Below, piece by piece: positions 35,323 through 47,060 of a stretch of DNA of 64,000 bases. Made by a program: the position numbers and the translations under genes. Each line of letters opens with the position of its first letter. Within the stretch, counting starts at the first letter, position 1. The notes under the pieces are model-generated. The model was given only the letters and a program-made list of their open reading frames with translations. It was not told where the DNA came from and searched no databases. This DNA is from Octopus sinensis (taxonomy: Eukaryota). The DNA lies in assembly GCF_006345805.1 (NCBI RefSeq), contig NC_043003.1:77314001-77378000 (forward strand), written 5' to 3'.

Positions 35323-38300
35323 CTTCGGAGAATTTGAGCACGTCAACTTCCTCCACATCATTTTCTAGTTATCGTGCATTTTTCGTCAAGGATCAAGTGT
35401 CGAAGAAAAACTTCATGGTGGACACTGGTTCTTGTTGCAGCATTTGGCCTCTGCGTCTCACAACCGACAGGCCAAAACGATCTAATGTTACATTGCACGC
35501 TATTGATTCGTCACCAATAGCCACATTCGGTCAGATCTCTTTACGCCTTGACATTAATCTTCGTCGAGATTTTCAATGGGTTTTTATCATTGCTGACATT
35601 CAGCATCCTATTTTAGGTGCGAATTTTCTAAGTAATTTTGATTTATTGGTAGATGTCAGACGTCGGAGACTAGTCGATAGTTCGACTACACTCTCCACGC
35701 CGACCAGAGAATCTACCGATTCAGCTCTTAGCCCGACATTTCTTGTTTCTACATCTGGAGACGTTTTTCACTCTCTTTTGTCCTCTTTTCCAGAGCTACT
35801 TGATGTTACCTTTAAAGTGGCAAAGCCATTACACTCGACACAACATTTTATTACAACTACTGGGCCGCCTGTTTTTTCGCGCCCACGGCGTCTTGCACCT
35901 GACCGTCTTAAAACGGCTAGGGCTGAGTTTGAGCATATGCTCCAGTTTGGTCTGATACGCCCATCCACCAGTCCATGGGCATCACCCCTTCATTTAGTTC
36001 GAAAAGGGGATACAGATTTTCGCCCGGTGGGAGATTATCGGCGTCTAAATTCTGTGACGATTCCGGACAGATATCCAATAAGGAATCTCAATGACTTTTC
36101 AGCAAATCTTCATGGCTGTACCATTTTTTCTAAGGTTGACCTCATACGTGCTTATCATCAAATACCGGTCAACCCAGACGATGTTCCTAAAACGGCAATT
36201 ACCACTCCTTTTGGCTGTTTCGAGTTTTTGTATATGAGTTTTGGTTTGCGGAACGCTACTAGTACGTTCCAACGTTTTATAGATGAAGTTGTTCGTGGAC
36301 TTGATTTTGTTTTCGCGTATGTCGATATTCTCATCGCAAGTGATACGCATGAGAATCATCTCCTGCACTTGTCTCAGCTTTTTCAGCGTCTTCGCGACTA
36401 TGGTGTTCGCATTAATCCAGACAAGTGTGTTTTTGGGCAACCATCTCTTGATTTCCTCGGTCATTATACTGATTCGAGTGGAATCAAACCACTCTCGTCT
36501 AAAGTCGATGCTATTCAGCGCATCGCACCACCCTCTTCTTTGCGTCAACTTCGCCATTTTTTGGGTATAGTTAATTTCTATCGACGTTTCATAAATCGGT
36601 GTGCGGACAAGTTGTTTCCTTTAACGCAGATGCTAAAGGGCAATTCTAAAAAGGACGCCCGCCTTACTCTTTCAGCTGAAGCACTGTCTGCCTTAGAGTT
36701 AGTTAAAAAGGAACTAGCTTCAGTCCCTGTTTTAGCACATCCGGCTCCTGATGCTCCACTTACTTTATCTGTGGACGCATCAGATTCTGCAGTTGGCGCT
36801 GTTTTGCAGCACACCGTAGTGGGTGAAGCTAAACCTTTGGCTTTCTTTTCTTGCCAGCTAAAGCCAGCTGAACGCAGATATAGTACTTTTGATCGAGAGT
36901 TACTAGCGATCTATCTGTCAGTTCGGCATTTTCAGCACCAGCTCGAGGGACGAGAGTTTGTGATTTATACTGATCACAAGCCCCTTACTTTTGCACTATC
37001 TTCTAAAACGGATAAACTCTCTCCTCGTGCTTTCTGTCACCTGGACTATATTTCTCAATTTACAAGTGATATTAGGCATGTGCCAGGGAAGGAGAACGTC
37101 CCAGCTGATGCTCTCTCTAGACTCCCTGTCAATTCCATTTCCTCTCCTGCAGCAATTGACTTAACTGCTATTTCGCAGGATCAACCACCTTTAGAGGAGT
37201 TGGATTTAACTTCGCCTAAGTTTATTAACTGTAAGTTTGCCTACCGACCGCTCCCTTCAGCAGAAGGCTCTATTCTTTGTGACGTCTCTACCGGTTCACC
37301 TAGACCATTAGTACCTGAGAAACATCAACGTTCTGTGTTTGATGCTCTTCATTCACTGTCACATCCAGGTATCTCTGCCACAGTAAAGCTTGTTACTGCT
37401 CGGTTCTTCTGGCCCAATATGCGACGATCAATTACCTCTTGGGCACGCTCTTGTTTGAGGTGCCAGAGTGCTAAAGTCCATAGACACGTTCGTGCTCCAC
37501 TTGGACAGTTTTCTTCTCCTGAAGCCCGTTTTCGCCATGTCCACCTTGATTTGGTTGGACCATGGCCTGTGAGTCGCGGGTTCTCATATATTTTAACTTG
37601 TATTGATCGTTTTTCACGTTGGCCGGAAGCTATTCCCATAGCAGACATTTCTGCTGAAACTGTTGCGAAAGCTTTCGTGTCTAATTGGATTTCGAGGTAT
37701 GGTGTACCGTCCAGTTTAACCACAGATCGTGGTCGACAATTCGAGTCTGCTTTGTTTCGTGAGTTATCACGAATCCTGGGGATGCATCATATACGCACCA
37801 CTAGTTACCACCCCGCTTCTAATGGGATGGTGGAGCGTTTCCACAGGCAACTTAAGGCCGCGTTGCGTGCCTCACCGAATCCACAGTCGTGGACTGAATT
37901 TCTACCTATCGTCTTGTTTGGATGTCGGACTGCGATTAAAGCAGACCTTGGTTTTTCGTCTGCCGAGCTCTTGTATGGTACCACACTGGCATTGCCTGGT
38001 ACGATGTTGGTGCCAGACAAGTCACAGTCTCTTAATTTAGAGTCTTATGTTGCTCGACTACGCAGATATTTTTCTGCCCTTCCTCCTATGGACCCTCGAC
38101 ACCAAAATCCTCCTTCTGGTGTGCCATCAGATCTTAATTCTTGGACGCATGTTTTTGTACGTGATGATTCTGTCAAAGGACCTCTTGTTACTCCTTACAA
38201 AGGACCTTTTCGTGTGATTTCCCGCACGCCGAAGGTATTCAAAATTGACATTAACGGTCGTTCGGAGACCGTCTCCGTAGATCGCCTTAAAGGGGCATAT

Positions 38301-38480
38301 TTTGAGGTGTCCACATCTTTTGATGACCCCACGGCCACAACCATCGTTGAACCATTCACACATGCACCTACCACAACACAACCTTCGTCGTCGCAGCCCG
38401 CCTCGAACAAATCTTATGTTACGAGGTCAGGCAGAACTGTTCACTGGCCAAAAAAACTTTCAAAAACTATTTATATTTGA
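35313..38480 (+). CDS. pol: Retrotransposon Pol (PR-RT-RNaseH-IN) in the -1 frame; RT probably inactive
   Basis: Protease DTGS; [14 protein letters not shown] and YVD-IL; RNase H DAS/E/TDH/DALS; integrase HHCC, D-D-E and GPF; frame open from the slippery site, no ATG needed. Confidence 0.93.
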   Translation, partial: FKLASENLSTSTSSTSFSSYRAFFVKDQVSKKNFMVDTGSCCSIWPLRLTTDRPKRSNVTLHAIDSSPIATFGQISLRLDINLRRDFQWVFIIADIQHPILGANFLSNFDLLVDVRRRRLVDSSTTLSTPTRESTDSALSPTFLVSTSGDVFHSLLSSFPELLDVTFKVAKPLHSTQHFITTTGPPVFSRPRRLAPDRLKTARAEFEHMLQFGLIRPSTSPWASPLHLVRKGDTDFRPVGDYRRLNSVTIPDRYPIRNLNDFSANLHGCTIFSKVDLIRAYHQIPVNPDDVPKTAITTPFGCFEFLYMSFGLRNATSTFQRFIDEVVRGLDFVFAYVDILIASDTHENHLLHLSQLFQRLRDYGVRINPDKCVFGQPSLDFLGHYTDSSGIKPLSSKVDAIQRIAPPSSLRQLRHFLGIVNFYRRFINRCADKLFPLTQMLKGNSKKDARLTLSAEALSALELVKKELASVPVLAHPAPDAPLTLSVDASDSAVGAVLQHTVVGEAKPLAFFSCQLKPAERRYSTFDRELLAIYLSVRHFQHQLEGREFVIYTDHKPLTFALSSKTDKLSPRAFCHLDYISQFTSDIRHVPGKENVPADALSRLPVNSISSPAAIDLTAISQDQPPLEELDLTSPKFINCKFAYRPLPSAEGSILCDVSTGSPRPLVPEKHQRSVFDALHSLSHPGISATVKLVTARFFWPNMRRSITSWARSCLRCQSAKVHRHVRAPLGQFSSPEARFRHVHLDLVGPWPVSRGFSYILTCIDRFSRWPEAIPIADISAETVAKAFVSNWISRYGVPSSLTTDRGRQFESALFRELSRILGMHHIRTTSYHPASNGMVERFHRQLKAALRASPNPQSWTEFLPIVLFGCRTAIKADLGFSSAELLYGTTLALPGTMLVPDKSQSLNLESYVARLRRYFSALPPMDPRHQNPPSGVPSDLNSWTHVFVRDDSVKGPLVTPYKGPFRVISRTPKVFKIDINGRSETVSVDRLKGAYFEVSTSFDDPTATTIVEPFTHAPTTTQPSSSQPASNKSYVTRSGRTVHWPKKLSKTIYI

Positions 38481-38678
38481 CATTCTCAATTGTGGCAGTT
38501 ACAATACTTATTGAACTTTGTTCATTTGAGTATTTTTTCTTTTTTCCCTTTTGGTGCATTCTTGTTTATATTGTAAATTCTGCCTTGATTTGTCATATTG
38601 TGTGCTATTTTGGTGATATGGTATCCACCTTGAGTTTTAAAGTCACTACAAGGAATTTTGTTTCGTGCTTCTGCACTC

Positions 38679-38687
38679 GAGGGGGAG
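38679..38687 (+). other. Polypurine tract GAGGGGGAG
   Basis: Purine run just upstream of the 3' LTR. Confidence 0.85.
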
Positions 38688-38691
38688 CTTT

Positions 38692-39246
38692 TTTAGTGAC
38701 ATTATACAACAGTGCGCGCGCGCAACGTCATTTTCAGTGTGCGGGTGCGGGACGTCCTTCTTCAGTGTGCGTGTGCGGAGTTGGAGCCTTCTGGAAAGGC
38801 AGAAGGGAAGTGCCCTCTCGGACATGCGCGAAGACTGAAGAAGGAATTGCTGATGTGGCATTAGCTGATAGGCGAGGGACAGCGTTCCCTTAACAAGGGC
38901 ACAGAGAGACACGCATGGCAGCAGAAGCAGAACGCCTTCATACGAAATTGTGGCAGACCTATTTTCTCCGCTGTCTCTGGACGCTAAGATTTGACCTGCT
39001 CTGTTTTGCTGCTGAACTTGTTGTAAGATTCTTACAAGTGTTAAAGTTCAGCCTTGCCACACCAGAACCAAGTGGATACCAATATACCACCTTACTTCTT
39101 TCTGTGAATAAGAAAATAAAGAATATATATATTTTAAGGTTGCGTTCGTGTTCCTTGACTGGTAGATTCTGGAAATTAAAGAACGGAAATTGTGTTGCAC
39201 CTGAGTTGCACCCCAAAAGTGTAAGAAGCAACGAGTTCCCGTTACA
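38692..39246 (+). repeat. 3' LTR (left terminus altered, TT instead of TG)
   Basis: Copy of 33621-34175 ending in CA; follows the PPT. Confidence 0.93.
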
Positions 39247-40592
39247 GACTCAACCGATTTTTCTTAAACTTCACACGCACATTGCTTATGTATCTGGGGA
39301 GGTTTTAAGTATAAATTGATTTCGAAAAAATGTTCGGGTAAACGGCGAGAGGAATAACATTTGGGATTGAATGAAGGATGTGAGTAAAATTTTTAATCTT
39401 CCAAGGGAAATAACCCATTCCATCCTGGAAATAACCGAATCATTTTCGGTATGCTTATTTCTTAGTATTTGAACTATTTTAGTTATTTTCTCAATTTATC
39501 CAATATAACGCTTAAACAAGTAAATAGTATTCTCCTAAACAATAGATCCACTTATTTCGGCTAGTGACTTATTCACGAATATACCAACACAATCGCTGCT
39601 GAGGCTAATATTCTCTGGGAACGCACAAAAGCTTTTTTCAGTTATTTACTTTGAATTATTATCTCATATCTGATTAGCCTGTTATTACGTAATGTTTCGC
39701 GATTTTAGTAAACATACCTTATTAGTATTTCCTCCTAAAATCTATATACTCTAGGAACGTATTAAAGCCCTTTTAGGGGCTACTTTATTTAAATTCTTAC
39801 TATAGGGTAATTAATTTGTACCCCCACCATTGCTTGACAACTGATGTTGCTGTGTTTACATTCCCGTAACTTAGTGGTTTGGTAAAAGTCACTGACAGAA
39901 TGAGTCCTAGGCTTACAAAGAATAAATCCTGTGGTTGACTTCTTCGACCAACGGTGGTGCTCCAGCATGGCCGCAGTCACATGACTGAAACAAGTAAAAC
40001 AATAAAAACCTATGCCATTTTAATCCAGAGCAAGGCCGAGTATCTCTGCTAGTATTTGTTAAAACGAAAAGTGTGTTGATAACTCACTGTTTTACTTTAC
40101 ACACGTTACAATGAACTTCCAGCTATAAAGATTGGATTAGATCCTTCGGTATAGGTACACACTTGACTTTGTTTACATTTCTGAAGATAAGAGAAATCCT
40201 TTTCTCCCACCCCTAACCCCCCATATATAAAAAAAAACACTTTCTTGAAATGTATCCGGTACTTATATCGAAGTTACGCCATTGGATTATATACACACAC
40301 ATCCATTTAAGCATATAAGTGAATTTAGACTTCTTTTATAAAATTTTTAACACTGATTTCTCGGTAAATGTGACTTTTGCGGTATAATTTAAATAACGGG
40401 GATTGTATAAAAATATTTTCCTAAAATACGAAACGAAAATAAATGTTAGCACCGCTTAGAAATTTCTATTGGCTCTTATCTTGTATTATTTCACCATTTA
40501 AAGATTTTTAACGTTGTTTCCAAATGAATACCAAGTTACATAAATGGAGTTTTTTCCGCTTACAGAAACCAAAGATAACCATTTAAATTATT

Positions 40593-41088
40593 GGCGATGT
40601 TTCGCTTGTCGTAGCACAAGTTTCCGTCGATTTCCTCCGTCGATTTCCGTAAAAAACTTTTATTTTTTTACATAAGTAATGAGAGCGAAAGAGACTAAGA
40701 GGAAGCGATTTTATGACGAGGAAATTTCTCTTTGAAGTCCCCGTGTGTGTGTTTGATGGGGTGTGGGAGACAGACAGTATGTTGTGTAAGTGAAGTGCTT
40801 CTGTTAGTGTGTGCGAAGAGACAGAGAGAGTAATGTGTGAAAGAGAGAGATAACTGAAATTTTTTACTCGGTGTATGTGTATATGTATGTCTGCATGTAT
40901 GTGTGTGTGTATGTATCTATGTATGTGTGTGTGTATGTATGTGTGTGTGTATGTATCTGTGTGTGTGTGTGTGTGTATGTATGTGTGTGTGTATGTATGT
41001 GTGTATGTATGTATGTATGGCCGATTCAGTGTTTACATTTTTTACGGAAATCGACGGAAACGTGTGCTACGACAAGCGAAACATCGCC
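40593..41088. mobile_element. MITE with ~52-bp TIRs and 8-bp TSD (Merlin- or Mutator-like)
   Basis: TIR GGCGATGTTTCGCTTGTCGTAGCACA(A/C)GTTTCCGTCGATTTCCGTAAAAAA; perfect TSD AAATTATT at 40585-40592 and 41089-41096. Confidence 0.88.
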
Positions 41089-44000
41089 AAATTATTATAT
41101 CTTCATTTATTGTGACTTAAATTATTATATCTCCATTTAATGTGACTTTTAAACAGTCCTTTTCCGATTCCAAGACCTACCTTGGCGGTATGAGAATCTG
41201 GACTAAAGAGGGGAGATAACAACGTCATGACCAGAAAGTAAATACTTTCATTTCGTTTCGTTTTTTTTTTTTAAGTTAATCATTATGCTTTTACACATTC
41301 CCTATTGTTAGTGAATTTGTTTTATTATTCGTGCGTATACTATATCAACTGCCTCTTGTTCTTTAACTCTAGGTTCACGACGATACAGCAAACTTAAGAC
41401 GAAAGCCATTCCAGTGATGACCATCTCTCATTTTCCGCTTTCACTTTTTTTAATTTTTATTTTTATTTTTACAGCAGTTATTTCTAGCATATCAAAATAC
41501 CACGTAGACTCTCTTCTCTCACATCCAACCCAATCAGGAATACAAATACCACCAGAACAAAATAAAGAAACTGATGTGGATTGAATATGATGCTATTTAC
41601 TTTTGTAGACGTAACGTAATAACGTATCAATATAACGGTCTGGATCCAACTCCTTTATATATCATTTGGTCGTAAAAGAATTATACTAATCAACGCCAAA
41701 TCAAGAATGAAAGGTTAAGTGGACTCTGGAGGGTTTTCAACTAATAACTTTGATGCCATGCACTCACTTGCCACTTTGTTCTCGGTTATTTGTCGTTCAG
41801 ACTCCATTTAACCGGCATCTTTCAGTAATGTTCGATATGATAGATATGAAATTTGTTATTTGAAGTTAAAAAAAAAAAAAAAGAAAACAGGCGACGTGGA
41901 AGGATGACTTTATAGTTACTCTTTGTACTGAGATTGTCTTTGTATATAGCAGATTATTTTGAAATAACTAAATATTTCACTAGCCGACATCAAAACAAGG
42001 TATAAGAATTTGGACTAAATAGGGGAGATAACAACGTCATGACCAGAAAAATGTGTTTTTTTTTAATCCTTTGATAAACAGCTATCAAAGAATGGTTTGG
42101 GTGAAATACGATTAATATATGCATGCATATAAATACGGTTGGATTTAGAAAGTGAAAAAAATAGTACTTAACATGTTGTGCGAAGAATATATATTTTATC
42201 TTTAAAGCAGAAATCGCTTTAAAAAAAGTACTATGGCCTTGATTTTCATGGGTAGTAGTTCGAAAAGTTTGATGTACACGAAAGGGAAGCAATTTCTAGG
42301 TTATTTTCCGTTTCAAAAATAAAATAGATTGTGTGTGATGTAGTTTTTCAGTACACTAGTATATGGTGCATCAAACCACATCTGCTTTTGCTTCCATATA
42401 ATTCTTTCTTTCTTCTGAACAAAATTAAAATGTTCAAAACCATCTCATGGCAATTTGTTCACCCTTTTCCAATCCTCACAGCCCCACATATTGAGAAACA
42501 CTGACCTATGGTCTATTTCGGACATAAACTTACATAAATCCTCTTCACAATGTTCATTTACCATTTTGTGTTATTTCTCAGGTAACTGCTCTGATTTGTC
42601 TGTTTCAAGTTTGGCCAATTCTTTCAACCTCTTTGGATACATCGGATTTTCCAATCCAAGTAGTTTAGTACTGCTTCTTTGTAACAAATTTTACCCAGGA
42701 TTTCTTTCTTGTAGTAAGGCCAGACTGAAGTTAGTTAATACAGATGAGATCCTACCATACATTAAGTAATTAAAACTTCTTATAAGGTGCAGGTGTGACT
42801 GTGGTAAAGAGCTTGCTTCCCATCCACACTGTCCAAGGTTCAGTCCCTGTGTGTGGCACATTAGGCAAGCGCCTTTTACTATAGTCTTTACTATAGTCTA
42901 CTATAGTCTTTACTATAGTCTTTTACTATAGTCTTTACTATAGTCTACCAAATCCTTGTGAATGGATTTGGTAGACAGAAACTGAAAGAAACCTACCATG
43001 TGTGTATATAGACAAAAGCATCCCTAATCTTGCAGGCTCATAAGTGCTGGTGCCACGTGAAAAACACCCATACCAGTGCTGTGTAAGAGCACCCAGTACA
43101 CTCTATAAAGTGGTTGGCATCAGGAAGTGTATCCAGCCATAGGAACCATGCCGAAACAGACATGGAGCTAGAACAGCCCTTCATCTGGTCAGCTTGCCAA
43201 ACCATCCAACCCATGCTAACATGGAAAACGGATTTTAAAGTCTTACAGGATATTGATAGGTTTTTTCTCTTTTGCTTTTTGGTAATTTTTGAGTTCTGCT
43301 TTGATTTTTATCCTTTATTTGTTTTTTGTTTTGTTTTTTTTTAACCCTTTCTGTTATTTTGTCCTGGCATAGCAGTGTGGTAAGAAGCTTGCTTCACAAC
43401 CACATGGTTCCGAGTTCAGTGCCACTGCATGGCACCTTGGGCAAGTGTCTTCTAATATAGCCTCAGGCCAACCAAAGCCTTGTGAGTGGATTTACTAGAT
43501 GGAAACTAAAAGAAGCCCATAATATATATATATACATATATATGTGTGTGTGTCTGTGTTTGTTCCCCGATACCACTTGACAACCATTGTTGGCGCATTC
43601 ATGTGCCTGTAACTTAGTGGTTTGGCAAAAGCAACTGATAAAATAAGTACCAAGATTTCCCAGAATTGCTTAAGCACATTTTTTAATCCTTTATTTTGAT
43701 ATTACAGTTTTTTGGTAGACACTCCAGTTGAGTGTTGTCTTCTCTATATAGTTTAAATCATCTTTGATGAGGAAATTATTTATAATTCATCTATAGCATT
43801 GTTGTTTTGCTCCAGATTAATCCTGATCATGTCAATCTGTAATCAAAGGGCTTCTAACTGTAACTATGTGACTGCCATTGCACATATACGACTACATTAT
43901 TTAATATATCTTTCCTGTTTTGAATGCAGCAGAGAGATTTGGCTACCTATTCTGGCAAATCAACTAACTGGAAAGAGACTCCTGCATGAACTCACATCCA

Positions 44001-44769
44001 TAGCATTTGTAATTATTGGTGACTTGATTCAGAAAATTTATTAACAGAATCAAGAGAGCTGCACAAAATAACAGGAATAAGCAGTCTCAGAGAAGTGAAA
44101 ATTCCTCTACACATAGGATTGGGGTTCTTTTGAGCATCTTATGTAGTATTGGCATGGTTGATATACTGTGTTCTTGTGGTTGCTTTATTCCTGTCACGTT
44201 TCTTCTAAATAGAATGCTGTCAGAGGCTTCTCCATAATCAGCTCATCCCATGCTTAATTTTTTGGGGGGTTCCAGTAGCTGTTCAATTTGTCAGTAACTG
44301 GGAGGGTTTTTTCCTTTTTTTTTTTTTTGTGGACACATTTCTATTCATTTTGGCTAATTGTTTTAATTTTGAGATGAGCAGCCAACACGTCTAAGAATAT
44401 TCAGGGTGAAGCAAAAGTCATGCACCACAGGGATAATTTATCAAAAGTATAATTACACAGGAAAATTTTATTTGCTAGTTTTATGTGCTGTTCAAAATGC
44501 TCCCCTTCCTTTTCATAACACATTTCAATTCTGTGCCTGCATGGTTCATTAACCCTTTAGCATTTAAACCAGTCATATCCAGCCCAAATATTTTACCTGT
44601 TTTTCGTTCAAACTGACCAGATCTGACCTCTTACATCTATACTACAATGTCATTTTAAAAGTAAACAATCATACCACCAATATCTTGAAGCTAAGAGATA
44701 ATGCCTGATAAATTCAAAGTAATGAATAAATAAGTAATACATACTCGACAGAGCGTTAGCACCTTGAGA

Positions 44770-45910
44770 GAAATGTTGTACCTAAGAGGCATCAGTTGTG
44801 GTGTGCAAGAGAGACGATTGCGCTGGTATGGTCATGTGGCGAGAATGGATGAAGATAGGTGTGTGAGAAAGTGCCAATCCTTAGCAGTTGAGGGAACCCG
44901 TGGAAGAGGTAGACCCAGGAAAACCTGGGACGAGGTGGTGAAGCACGACCTTCGAACTTTAGGCTTCACTGAGGAAATGACCAGCGACCGAGACCTTTGG
45001 AAATATTCTGTACGTGAGAAGACCAGGCAGGACAAGTGAGCCCAGCCCACTTATGAATGCCTTTCCTCCCTTGGACACAAAGACCTGTTGGGGCAAGCGA
45101 AGTCGATATAGAACCTCATCCGACGACAGGCACCCGTGCGAAGACATGTTGGGGCAAGCGAAATCGAAATCGAAGTCAAAATCGAATTGAACCAGACAGG
45201 ATCCCTGGTCTGGTGGTACGTAAAAAGCACTATCCGACTCGTGGCCGATGCCAGCACCGCCTCCACTGGCTTCTGTGCCGGTGGCACGTAAAATACACCA
45301 ATCTGACCGTACGACAGGCACCCATGCCAACCCCCTTGCTTGCGAAGACATGTTGGGGCAAGCGAAATCGAATTGAACCTGCCAGGTTCCCTGGTCTGGT
45401 GGTACGTAAAAAGCACTATCCGACTCGTGGCCGATGCCAGCGCCGCCTCCACTGGCTTCCGTGCCGGCGGCACGTAAAATACACCAATCTGACCGTACAA
45501 CAGGCACCCATGCCAACCCCCTTGCTTGCGAAGACATGTTGGGGCAAGCGAAATCGAAATCGAATTGAACCAGCCAGGATCCCTGGTCTGGTGGTACATA
45601 AAAAGCACCATCCGACTCGTGGCTGATGCCAACTCCGCCTCGTCTGGCTTGTGTGCCGGTGGCACATAAAATACACCAATCCGACCGTGGCCGTTGCCAG
45701 CCTCGCCTGGCACCTGTGCAGGTGGCACGTAAAAAGCACCCACTACACTCACGGAGTGGTTGGCGTTAGGAAGGGCATCCAGCTGTAGAAACACTGCCAG
45801 ATAAGACTGGAGCCTGGTGCAGCCTTCTGGCTTCCCAGATCCCCAGTCGAACCGTCCAACCCATGCTAGCATGGAGAACGGACGTTAAACGATGATGATG
45901 ATGATGATGA
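44770..45910 (+). mobile_element. 5'-truncated RTE-like LINE: ORF end, tandemly amplified 3' UTR and (GAT)n tail
   Basis: RRLRWYGHVARM...GRGRPRKTW ORF ending at 45039; repeated units at 45140, 45344 and 45530; tail cgttaaac(gat)n. Confidence 0.88.
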
Positions 45911-46888
45911 TAGATAGATAATTGTGTGACTAGTCTGAGTCTGTGTTTGTCCCCCATCACTACTTGATAACAAGTGTTGGTGTGTTTACATCCCCCCGAA
46001 ACTTAGTGGTTCAGCAAGAGATTGATAGAATAAGCACCAGGCTTAAAAAAATAAGTACTGGGGTCAATTCATTTGACTAAAAGTTCTTCAAGGTGGTGTC
46101 CCAGAAGGCTGTAGTCTAATGATTGAAACAAGTAAAAGATAAAAGACATCCATTCACATTTGTATACCCTCTTTTCCTCATTCACTTGTATGGAGGTGTT
46201 TGCATTTGTGTGAAAGGAAAGGTAACAGCTTTACATTACTCTTATCTAGCACTTTGTATAGAGTCCTTGAAGTTTAGCATAGTCTTATTCTTTAGCTGCA
46301 ATGAAGGAAACTTGGAATCATCCACAAGGGTATAGGTTTGTGATAACATTTTGTGCTGTCATCAATATATATTACAAGGCAGTGGTGCCAAACTCATAAG
46401 GTGTTCCTGATGTCACATCATTCCATGATTTATTCTTATTCACGTATTAAATGTATAACCAAAACTCCAAGAAAATAACAGCTTATTCCCATGTCTTTAT
46501 CCATATATTCTGTCCATTCCTAATTTATTTTGACTTTCCAAATAAGAAAACAAAATTTTCTTCACAAGAATCCTGTTTCCTTAGTCTTTTCCTGTCACAT
46601 CTGGTAATTGTCTTCAAATTAAGGATTGTCACTGCAGTATTGTCAAAAGCTTGTTGTAATATTCTTATCTTTTCTTTAAGCCATTGAAGATATACATTAT
46701 TAATTGCTGGTGATTTACTCACCATAAAATGTTAAATTTCTTAATTGCCATTTCTCTCATACTAATGTAATTCACAGGGTATTTTAACCTTGTTACTGTC
46801 TGAGCAAGGAATATAACCGAAATCCTCATTATTAAATAGAAATTTGCAAGTATGTTAAGCTTTGTTTACCATCCTCTAATTTCTTTAA

Positions 46889-47060
46889 CCCTTTAGCATT
46901 TAAACTGGCCATATCTAGCCTCTCACACCTACTCTACAATGCATTCTAAAAATATACAATCACATCACCAAAACCTCAAAGGTATCAGATAATGGTAATT
47001 AATTAAAAACAATGAATAAATAAGCATTACATTTGACAGAGTAATCTGAATGCTAGAGGG
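46889..47060. mobile_element. piggyBac-like MITE
   Basis: TTAA on both sides; TIR CCCT(T/C)TAGCATT; relatives near 1325-1530, 44548-44760 and 57400-57562. Confidence 0.8.

Larger units (their letters stand above)
33621..39246 (+). mobile_element. Ty3/Gypsy LTR retrotransposon, CsRN1/Kabuki clade, full length
   Basis: Two 555-bp LTRs, tRNA-Trp PBS, PPT, gag with C-X2-H-X9-C-X3-C, pol in PR-RT-RH-IN order; imperfect 4-bp TSD GGCT (33617-33620) / GACT (39247-39250). Confidence 0.95.
33549..40052 (+). mobile_element. Non-autonomous Helitron interrupted by the LTR element and a SINE fragment
   Basis: 5' A|TC at 33549; the sequence rejoins across the LTR element as aaaacggct/caaccgatt; 3' degenerate hairpin CCAGAGCAAGGCCGAG then CTAG|T at 40049-40052, resembling the end of the element at 23629-24024. 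Confidence 0.7.

Noticed and set aside
35743-39319. Alternative-frame and antisense ORFs in pol and the LTRs
   Set aside because: Shadows of the pol frame or LTR sequence; no motifs.
45140-45720. Possible CRISPR-like array
   Set aside because: Units repeat along their whole length, with no unique spacers and no cas genes; eukaryotic context.
44959-45872. ORFs of 189-273 aa with internal repeats
   Set aside because: By-products of the tandem modules in the RTE 3' UTR; no protein motif.
43700-46725. Minus-strand coiled-coil-like fragments near 43.9 kb and 46.6 kb
   Set aside because: Multiple stops and no consistent splice sites; cannot be told from AT-rich noise without a search.
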